From assembly GCA_965202805.1 (NCBI GenBank), contig OZ241869.1, forward strand, positions 1,088,001 through 1,152,000: DNA of 64,000 bases, written 5' to 3'. Under the pieces are notes generated by a model. That model was given only the letters and a program-made list of their open reading frames with translations. It had not been told where the DNA came from and did not search any database. Each line of letters opens with the position of its first letter. Position 1 is the first letter of the stretch. This DNA is from Longimicrobiales bacterium. GTDB taxonomy: Bacteria > Gemmatimonadota > Gemmatimonadetes > Longimicrobiales > Gaopeijiaceae. The position numbers and the translations under genes are program-made. Of this stretch, positions 53,323 through 64,000 are shown in pieces.

Positions 53323-54302
53323 CTACCGCGACGCGTCCAATCCCGCCAGTGCCTGAATGACCGCCACCGCCCCGTCACCGGTCCGGGCGGGATCGTACCC
53401 TCCCTCGAGCAGGGCCACGACCCGGCCGCCGGCGTGTGCGGACGCCAGGTCCATGACGCGGCAGGTCATGCGGTGGAAGTCCTCCGGTTCGAGCAGCATC
53501 CCGCCGAGCGGATCGCCGGCCATGGCGTCGAACCCGGACGAGATCAGGACGAAATCGGGCTCAAAACCGGCCACGACCTTCGCCAGGGCCTCGTCGAACA
53601 CCTCGTGCCAGGTCGTCCGGGGGGTGGCTGCGCGCAGCGGCAGGTTGAGCGTGGCGCCGCGACCGGCGCCGCTGCCGCGCTCGTGGAAGGCGCCCGTGCC
53701 CGGGTAGTGGGGCGACTGATGGAGAGACAGATAGAATACCGTCCCGTCCTCGTAGAAGATGTCCTGGGTGCCGTTCCCGTGGTGCACGTCCCAGTCGACG
53801 ATCAGCACCCGCTCGGCGAGCCCGCGGGCCTGCAGGTGGCGCGCCGCGACGGCCACATGGTTGAACAGGCAGAAGCCCATGGCGCAGTCGGCGGTGGCGT
53901 GATGGCCGGGCGGCCGGCTGGCCACGAAGGCGGTCGCGGCCGTGCCGGCCGCGACCGCCTCGGCCGCCGTGATCACCGCGCCCGCGCTCCCGGTCGCCGC
54001 GCCCCAGGAGGCCGGGGAGACCACCGTGTCCGGGTCGAGCCGCACCAGCCCCTCCTCGCGCGAGCGCGCCACCGCCCGCCGGACGCGCCGCACGTGGTCG
54101 GCGGTGTGCACCCGGAGCAGTTCCTCCCCGGTGGCCGGGCGCGCGTCGCGCTGTTCCACCCGGTCGTGGAGGGTGAGCAGGTTGCGGCCCACCGTGGACG
54201 CCAGGGCGCGCAGGCGACCCTGGTGTTCGGGATGCCCCCACCCGGTGTCGTGCAGGGGGGCGTCGGGGTGGAGGTAGAAGGCGGTGGGCGCCCGGCCGAC
54301 CA

Positions 54303-54303
<1 letters not shown>
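53323..54303 (-). CDS. Histone deacetylase-family amidohydrolase
   Basis: HPE, RPPGHHA, GFCLFN, DWDVHHGNGT, GFDA..DPL, LEGGY. Confidence 0.93.
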
Positions 54304-57624
<3,321 letters not shown>

Positions 57625-57632
<8 letters not shown>

Positions 57633-57747
57633 GTTCGGCTTCTGACTTCTCCGATTCCGTGCGCACGGCCTTGGAGAGCACCAGGGCGAAGCCGCCCCAA
57701 ACGAACGCGCCGATCACGATCATCGTGACCCAGGTAGCCGTCGTCAA
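57625..57747 (-). CDS. Small membrane protein, MetS-like NSS transporter small subunit
   Basis: GGAG RBS and TTG start. [32 protein letters not shown] (40 aa, WGG motif). Confidence 0.65.
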
Positions 57748-57904
57748 AGAGTGGGCTCCAGCGAGGGGAGGAAGGGTGAGATGAGGTCCCCGTAAACTGA
57801 TTGCGCGCCCGGCCGTAAGCAACCCGGCGCCCGCGCCCCCCTGCGACAGGCTGAGCGCAGTTCCGGGTGGGGGTCGAGACCTCGCCTCGCACACGGGCCG
57901 GGGA

Positions 57905-58498
57905 CTACGCCCCCCGCGCACGCCGGCGCGCCGCCTGGTCCTCCGCGCGCACCTCGAGCACGTCGGCGACCGCGCGCATCCCGTCAATGACGTTCTGGAT
58001 GTGCTGGGGCCGCGGGATGCCGATGAGCTCGACCCCGCGCGCGACTTCCCCGCGGTGCACCCCGGCGGCGAAGGACTTGTCCTTGAGTTTCTTGGTCACC
58101 GATTTGGGCTTCAGGTCGTCGATGCCGTTGGGGCGCACCAGGCAGCAGGCGTAGATCAGGCCGCTCAGCTCGTCGCAGGCGCACAGGACCTTGTCGAGGT
58201 CGGTCTCGGGCGGGACGTCGGTCAGGTCCGGGTATCCGTGCGCCAGCACGGCACGGATGACCTCCTCCGGGTAGCCGTCCTCGCGCAGGCGCGCGACCCC
58301 GCGGTGCGGATGCTCGTCCGGGTGCTTCTCCCAGTCCAGGTCGTGCAGGAGGCCGGCCAGGCCCCAGGTCTCCTCATCGGCTCCGTACCTGCGGGCGTAG
58401 AAGCGCACCGCGGCCTCCACCGCGTACATGTGCTTCCTGAGCCCCTCGTTGTCGACCCATTCGTGCAGCAGAGCTACGGCGTCCTGGCGGCTGGGCAT
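57905..58498 (-). CDS. HD-domain hydrolase
   Basis: LRKH, GLLHDLDWE, ACDELSGL, KKLKDKSFAAGV. Confidence 0.88.
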   Translation of the reverse strand: MPSRQDAVALLHEWVDNEGLRKHMYAVEAAVRFYARRYGADEETWGLAGLLHDLDWEKHPDEHPHRGVARLREDGYPEEVIRAVLAHGYPDLTDVPPETDLDKVLCACDELSGLIYACCLVRPNGIDDLKPKSVTKKLKDKSFAAGVHRGEVARGVELIGIPRPQHIQNVIDGMRAVADVLEVRAEDQAARRRARGA

Positions 58499-58603
58499 CG
58501 GGCGTCGTCCTTGGTTGGGGCGGGATGGCTGTTGAATCGGATGGCCGGCACTGGTCCGGAACGCTGTCCGGCGCGGGCGCGTGGCAGTGATCGCGGCGTT
58601 GCG

Positions 58604-59251
58604 TCACACGCTCGAAGAAGGGCACAGGCGCGACAGCGCGCACTTCTCGCAGCGGGGCTTGCGGGCCGCGCACACCTGGCGCCCGTGGAAGATCAGGAGA
58701 TGGGCGAGCAGTGTCCAGCGCTCGCGCGGGAAGAGCTTCATGAGGTCGCGTTCGATGCGCACGGGATCCGGGTAGCGGGTGAAGCTCATGAGGTTGGCGA
58801 GGCGCTTCACGTGCGTGTCCACGACCACCCCTTCGTCGATGCCGAAAGCGTTTCCGAGGATGACGTTGGCGGTCTTGCGGCCGATGCCCGGGAGTGCCAC
58901 CAGCTCCTCCATGGTGCGCGGAAGTTCGTTTCCGTGTTTCTCGGCAACCACGGTGGCCATGCCGATCAGGTTCTTCGCCTTGTTGCGGAAGAACCCGGTC
59001 GAGTGGATGAGCTTCTCCAACTCGCTCTGCCGCGCCCCGGCCAGGTCCAGCGCCTCCGGATAGCGCTCGAAGAGGGCGGGCGTGACCTTGTTGACCCGTG
59101 CGTCGGTGCACTGCGCGGAGAGGATGGTCGCGACCGCGAGCTCGTACGGGTTGCGGTGGTGGAGAGCGCAGTGGGCATCCGGGTAGCACTCGACGAGCAA
59201 CTCGTAGATGCGCGCGGCCCGCTCCTTTCTGGCCTTCACCGACTCTCTCAT
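58604..59251 (-). CDS. nth: Endonuclease III
   Basis: LSAQCTD, LPGIGRKTAN, VDTHV, CxxxxxxCxxCxxxxxC Fe-S motif. Confidence 0.96.
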   Translation of the reverse strand: MRESVKARKERAARIYELLVECYPDAHCALHHRNPYELAVATILSAQCTDARVNKVTPALFERYPEALDLAGARQSELEKLIHSTGFFRNKAKNLIGMATVVAEKHGNELPRTMEELVALPGIGRKTANVILGNAFGIDEGVVVDTHVKRLANLMSFTRYPDPVRIERDLMKLFPRERWTLLAHLLIFHGRQVCAARKPRCEKCALSRLCPSSSV

Positions 59252-59336
59252 GGCGCCCTCGCCGGTTTCGTGATTCGCGTCTGCGCGGACTCTCTCACCG
59301 CGGCGGTGCCGGTCGTGCCGTCGCGCCCGCCCGCCG

Positions 59337-60176
59337 TCATCCCGACTCCGCGGTCGTGATCAGCCGCCAGGGCAAGGTGCTCGCGAGGGGCGCGCGACCG
59401 GACGCGTCCGGATCGATGGCTCCCTCCGGCACCCCGGACCCGGCTTCACCCTTCGTGGGTGCGCCGGCTCGCAGCAACCCCCGTTCCAACTGCCGGAAGA
59501 GGCGCCCCGCGAGCTTGACCACCTCGCCGAGCGTCTCGATCGAGGAAAGCTCCTCGCCGCCCGGCAAGGTGCTTGCGAAGTCGTCGCCCTCCCGGCGCAC
59601 GGTCGCGGCAGCCCACCGGCTCGCCTCCTCCCCGGGGATCTCCGGGACCGGCATCACTCCGAGTCCGGGGCGGTCCGCCCGCATCCCGCTCGCCACCATG
59701 AGGTGCAGGCGGTGGGCGGGGGTCAGCACCCAGAAGAAGCCGTCGAGCGACTCGGCGGGGCCGCCCGCCTCGGGGCGCGCCCAGAACAGGTAGTGCGGCA
59801 ACTGCACGTAGCCCGCTCCGGCGGGAGCCGTGAAGGCCCAGTCCGCCGGCACCGGCGGCAGGCCGGCGCGCGTCACCTGGTGGGCGGCCTCGTTCCCGAG
59901 CAGGTACAGGTGTTCCCCGGCGCTCCAGAAATGGAAGGCGTGGAAGAGGATGACGCCGTATTGCACGAAGAGGACCGGATCCTCGTCTTCGATGCGGATG
60001 TCGGCGATCGTGCGCCCCGCCTGCTCCAGCATGCTGAAGGCGCCCGGGTCCCAGATGTCCGCGTCCCGGCGCTCCGCCTCCTCCCGGATCAACTCGAAGC
60101 GCTCCTCCGCGAAGGCGCGGCCCGGGAGAGCCATCTCGTACGGCGTGACGCGAGCGTACCGGTCGTGAATCCTCAT
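59337..60176 (-). CDS. Hypothetical protein
   Basis: Operonic position, ATGA coupling and globular composition. Confidence 0.7.
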   Translation of the reverse strand: MRIHDRYARVTPYEMALPGRAFAEERFELIREEAERRDADIWDPGAFSMLEQAGRTIADIRIEDEDPVLFVQYGVILFHAFHFWSAGEHLYLLGNEAAHQVTRAGLPPVPADWAFTAPAGAGYVQLPHYLFWARPEAGGPAESLDGFFWVLTPAHRLHLMVASGMRADRPGLGVMPVPEIPGEEASRWAAATVRREGDDFASTLPGGEELSSIETLGEVVKLAGRLFRQLERGLLRAGAPTKGEAGSGVPEGAIDPDASGRAPLASTLPWRLITTAESG

Positions 60177-61018
60177 CGGGGTCTGCCGGGCTTCCCGGGC
60201 TCCGGCGGCACCGGATTCACGCTGCGCCCGCGGGCGCCTTCACCCCTCTTCGCCCGACCCGGAGTGCGCGCGGCATCGGCACCCTCCGCCCGGCGCGCGA
60301 GCGCCTCCGACTCCCAGAGCTCCTCCGCCGGCCGCTTCAGGAACGCCTCCCACCATCGCCGCCGGCGCACCAGCACCAGCTGGAGTTCGCCCGGCCCGGC
60401 GTCGAGACCATCGATCCAGATGAAATGCGCGTCCCCCAGCCGCTCGGGCGCATCGATGCGAAAGACCTCGCCCCGCCAATCGAAACGCACCTCGCCGGCC
60501 CGCGCAAGCCGCTCCGCGGTCCACTCCTGCTCGATGAAGAAATCGGTCTCGACGCGGAAGACTCCGGGAGCGACCTCATCTCCCGACTGATAGTAGCAGG
60601 GATCGAAGTCGAGCCCCTCGCTCCGCTTGAACGACTCCTCCATGGCGTAGTCGACGCCGCCCAGTTCATCCTGATTCGCGAGCGACTCGAGGTGGTGCCG
60701 AAGCTCGTGGGTGAGCGTCTCCCACAGCTCGCCCTCCCAGTCGAAGCCGGGATCGAGCCGGGACAGCTCGCGAAACGATCCGTAGTAAAGGGCGACCACG
60801 GAGCGCGTGGTCTCGGGCCCCTGCCAGTCCGACGGGTAGGACTCCGTCGAGCACATGCCCAGCGTGTAGATGTGGGGAAAGACCGGATGCGGGAGGGCCT
60901 CCTGGCGGACCGAGAGCCCGTCCAGCCCGCTGGTGTACTCCTCCGGAATCTCGCGAAACGCGCGCCGGGCGGCCTTCTCGAACTCGCGAAACGTCATTCC
61001 CCTGCGGTATCCCGACAC
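60173..61018 (-). CDS. Zincin-like metallopeptidase family protein
   Basis: VALYYGSF...ETLTHELRHHLE (HExxH). Confidence 0.8.
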   Translation of the reverse strand: MSGYRRGMTFREFEKAARRAFREIPEEYTSGLDGLSVRQEALPHPVFPHIYTLGMCSTESYPSDWQGPETTRSVVALYYGSFRELSRLDPGFDWEGELWETLTHELRHHLESLANQDELGGVDYAMEESFKRSEGLDFDPCYYQSGDEVAPGVFRVETDFFIEQEWTAERLARAGEVRFDWRGEVFRIDAPERLGDAHFIWIDGLDAGPGELQLVLVRRRRWWEAFLKRPAEELWESEALARRAEGADAARTPGRAKRGEGARGRSVNPVPPEPGKPGRPR

Positions 61019-61036
61019 CCATCGGCAGGCCCGACG

Positions 61037-62494
61037 TCAACCGGCCGGACCGCCGCTCCCTCCCAGGGTCGTCCGCGTGATCCTCCTGTTGAGCATCCAA
61101 AGGATCAGAGTCACCACCGCCGCCTGGATGACCACGCTCCCGACGTTGTACGGGCTGAACAGCGTCCAGGTCTCCGCGAAGCTCTCGCCCCGGGCGCTCC
61201 ACAGGAACCACACCATGAGCACGACGGCCTCGACCATCACCAGCCGGATCGCCCAGTCCCACCAGGCACCGATGCGGATGTCGGAATCGCCCGTGTTGAT
61301 GAACTTGCGGCGCCACTCGGTCACCCCGTAGCGCACCACGGCGAAGGCGAAGAAGAAGCCCGAGAGCATCAGTCCGACGCCCCACACCCAGTCCTGGTTG
61401 TGGAAGAAGTCCATGTTGAGCGCGCTCGGGACGCCGCACAGCAGCGACGCGATGCCGACGATGGCCACAGCCCGCCCGCGCGGGATCCCTGCGTCGCGCA
61501 GAACCCGGCTGGCGAGCTCGATCATCGCCACCAGGCTCGTCCACGCCGCGAACACCAGCGCCAGGAAGAAGAGGATCATGAAGAACTGGCCGCCCGGCAT
61601 GCGCGCGAACAGCTGCGGCACCCAGATGAAGGTGATGCCCTCGTTCCCCGCCCCCACGATCTGGCTGGCGGCGTCCGGCATCACCGAGAAGACCGTGCAC
61701 AGCACCATGATGCCCGCCAGCAGCGACATGGAGTTGTTGCCGAAGCCGATCACGAAGGCGTTGAGCGCGGTGTCCTCGCGTTTTCGCATGTAGATCGCGT
61801 ACGTGAGCACCAGCCCCCATCCGGCGCCCGTGTCCCACGCGTTCTGGGTCAGCGCCTCGAGCCAGATGCGGTAGTCGGCCAGCTCGCTGAAGTTCGGGGT
61901 GAAGAGGAACGCGAGGCCGGCGGAGGCGCCCGGCAGCGTAAGGGCCCGGATGGCCAGCACGACCACCAGGATGATGAGGCTGGGGATCAGGAAGCGGGCG
62001 GCGGTCTCGATGCCCTTGACTCCCCGCGACACCACGAACACCCCCATGCCCAGGGCGATGGCGTGGGTGATCATCGCCGAAGGCGTGGCGGCGAAGGAGT
62101 TCCAGAAGGCGTCGGGCACTTCCGTGGGAATCTCGCGCGTGATGGAGGCCCACAGGAAGCGCAGCGTCCAGCCCATCACCACGCTGTAGTAGAACATGAT
62201 CGCGGCGGCCACCCAGGCGACCCAGGCGCCCATCCAACCGAATTTCGGCCCCAGGGTCTTGGCGAACGCGCCCACCGGCCCCTTGCGCACGGCCTTCCCC
62301 ATCCCGAACTCGAGGATGAGCAGCGGCACGGACCAGAGGAGCAGGAAGCACACCCACGCCACAAGGAAGTTGCCCCCGCCGTTGGTGGCCGCGATGCGCG
62401 GGAAGCGCCAGATGTTTCCGGTGCCGACCGCCATCCCCAGCATCGCCAGCAGCATGCCCCAGCGCGAGCTGAACACCTCTGACCTGGACGCCAT
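61037..62494 (-). CDS. Sodium-dependent transporter (NSS family)
   Basis: AVGTGNIWRFP, NGGGNF, FYYSVVMGW and about 12 TM helices. Start at ATG 62494. Confidence 0.93.
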   Translation of the reverse strand: MASRSEVFSSRWGMLLAMLGMAVGTGNIWRFPRIAATNGGGNFLVAWVCFLLLWSVPLLILEFGMGKAVRKGPVGAFAKTLGPKFGWMGAWVAWVAAAIMFYYSVVMGWTLRFLWASITREIPTEVPDAFWNSFAATPSAMITHAIALGMGVFVVSRGVKGIETAARFLIPSLIILVVVLAIRALTLPGASAGLAFLFTPNFSELADYRIWLEALTQNAWDTGAGWGLVLTYAIYMRKREDTALNAFVIGFGNNSMSLLAGIMVLCTVFSVMPDAASQIVGAGNEGITFIWVPQLFARMPGGQFFMILFFLALVFAAWTSLVAMIELASRVLRDAGIPRGRAVAIVGIASLLCGVPSALNMDFFHNQDWVWGVGLMLSGFFFAFAVVRYGVTEWRRKFINTGDSDIRIGAWWDWAIRLVMVEAVVLMVWFLWSARGESFAETWTLFSPYNVGSVVIQAAVVTLILWMLNRRITRTTLGGSGGPAG

Positions 62495-62553
62495 CCGCTT
62501 CTCCCGTGTTCGGTCGTTCCCGCCTGCCTGCTGTCGCCGGGCTGCCCGGCGCC

Positions 62554-63903
62554 TCAGCGCGCGAGCCGTTCCCGCAGGTAGTCTATCACGCCGTCCGCGT
62601 TCACGCGCACCTGCTCCAGGGTGTCGCGGTCGCGCACCGTGACCGTTCCGTCCTCGTTGGTCCCGCCGTCGACGGTGATGCACCAGGGGGTGCCCGCCTC
62701 GTCCTGGCGGCGATAGCGGCGCCCGATGGATCCGGCCGCGTCGTAGAAGCTGGGGAGGGCCGCGGCCTTGAAGGCGTCGTTCAGCCGCGTCGCGAACTCG
62801 GGCATGCCGTCCTTGCGCACCAGCGGGAAGATCGCCGCCTTGACCGGGGCCAGGCGCGGGTGGATGCCGAGCACCGTGCGCTGCTGGCGCCCCACGTCCT
62901 GCTCGTAATACGCATCCGAGAGCACCATGAGCACCATGCGGTCGACCCCGGCGGCGGTCTCGATGACGTAGGGGATATAGCGGCCCCCGCCCCCGGGCTC
63001 CACGTAGCGCATCTTCTTGCCCGAGTACTGCTGGTGCCGGGAGAGGTCGAAGTCGGTGCGGTTGTGGATGCCCTCCAGTTCCTTCCAGCCGATGGGAAAC
63101 TCGTACTGGATGTCCACCGCCCGCTTCGCGTAGTGGGCCAGCTCGTCCGGTCCGTGCTCGCTGAAGCGGAGCGAATCGGCCCGGATGCCCAGCGTCCCGG
63201 TGTGGAACTCCATGCGCGCGTCGCGCCAGTGATCGAACCACTCCTCATCGGTTCCGGGCGTGACGAAGAACTGCATCTCGGCCTGCTCGAACTCGCGCGT
63301 GCGGAAGATGAAGTTGCCGGGCGTGATCTCGTTCCTGAACGCCTTGCCGATCTGGGCCACGCCGAAGGGGACCTTCTGGCGCGCGGTGGTCTGCACGTTG
63401 AGGAAGTTGACGTAGGAGCCCTGCGCCGTCTCGGGACGCAGGTAGACGGTGGCCGCGGCTTCCTCGACGGGCCCCATGAAGGTCTTGAACATCAGGTTGA
63501 AGAGCCGCGGTTCCCCGATCTCGCAGGCCTTGAAGGCGCCCGGAGCCTTGCTCGGCTTCCGGCCGCAGCGCGCGCCCTCCATTTCGTCGGCGCGAAAACG
63601 CTTCTTGCACGTCTTGCACTCCACCAGCGGATCGGTGAAGCCGTCGACGTGCCCCGACGCCTCCCACACGCGCGGATGCATGAGAATGGCCGCGTCGACG
63701 CCCTCGACGTCGTCGCGCTGGTGCACCATCGCGCTCCACCAGGCCTCCTTGATGTTGCGCTTGAGTTCGATGCCCAGCGGCCCGTAATCCCACACCGATC
63801 CGGTGCCGCCGTAGATCTCCGAAGACTGGAAGACGTACCCGCGACGCTTGGTCAGCGAGACGAGCTTGTCCATGCTATCCAGTTGAGGCATATCAGGTTG
63901 CAC
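62554..63903 (-). CDS. glyQS: Glycine--tRNA ligase (homodimeric type)
   Basis: SSEIYGG, YLRPETAQG, GKAFRNEITP..FIFRTREFEQ, ELEGIHNR, GSIGRRYRRQDEAG. Start may be a few codons downstream. Confidence 0.96.
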   Translation of the reverse strand: MQPDMPQLDSMDKLVSLTKRRGYVFQSSEIYGGTGSVWDYGPLGIELKRNIKEAWWSAMVHQRDDVEGVDAAILMHPRVWEASGHVDGFTDPLVECKTCKKRFRADEMEGARCGRKPSKAPGAFKACEIGEPRLFNLMFKTFMGPVEEAAATVYLRPETAQGSYVNFLNVQTTARQKVPFGVAQIGKAFRNEITPGNFIFRTREFEQAEMQFFVTPGTDEEWFDHWRDARMEFHTGTLGIRADSLRFSEHGPDELAHYAKRAVDIQYEFPIGWKELEGIHNRTDFDLSRHQQYSGKKMRYVEPGGGGRYIPYVIETAAGVDRMVLMVLSDAYYEQDVGRQQRTVLGIHPRLAPVKAAIFPLVRKDGMPEFATRLNDAFKAAALPSFYDAAGSIGRRYRRQDEAGTPWCITVDGGTNEDGTVTVRDRDTLEQVRVNADGVIDYLRERLAR

Positions 63904-64000
63904 CTTGTTGGATCATGTTGGGCGGGAGATGTATCCGGCGTTGCGGTCCACGCAATCCGCAGGAGAGCCGGCCGGGATCCGGCATCTCGGCCGGGCGGCG

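Noticed and set aside
62495..63241. N-terminal extension of the 734-aa NSS ORF
   Set aside because: Out-of-frame overlap with glyQS; transporter motifs begin after ATG 62494.
63904..64000. T-box leader upstream of glyQS
   Set aside because: No T-box consensus visible in the available 97 bp.

Overview
A GC-rich bacterial chromosomal window. Gene content and protein styles (Ig-like repeat lipoprotein, beta-propeller lipoprotein, many secreted peptidases, homodimeric GlyRS) suggest Gemmatimonadota, possibly a sponge-associated lineage; this is inference only. The backbone holds peptidases (M28, two S9, two M24, M14, zincin-like), a methionine/folate cluster (metH, homocysteine methyltransferase-MTHFR fusion, stand-alone MTHFR-like gene), APC and NSS transporters, a TonB receptor, thrC, two ECF sigma/anti-sigma modules flanking a MacAB-TolC-type exporter, priA, carB, nth and glyQS. 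There are two accessory zones. (i) At 2.9-8.9 kb: an intact RES/Xre toxin-antitoxin pair, a FitA-like antitoxin whose PIN toxin is internally deleted, and a deleted NYN RNase gene preceded by a promoter with an operator-like palindrome and a ~60-nt two-hairpin RNA ending in a U-tract (candidate RNA-controlled NYN system). (ii) At about 21117-27786: a ~6.7-kb tyrosine-integrase element bounded by a 14-bp imperfect direct repeat that reconstructs a palindromic, non-tRNA target. It carries a ~1.1-kb stem-loop-rich non-coding region, an oriT-like site, two lipoprotein cargo genes and several IS/integrase remnants. A class II photolyase is pseudogenised. No rRNA, tRNA or CRISPR array was recognised. 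All family calls come from motif recognition, not database searches.
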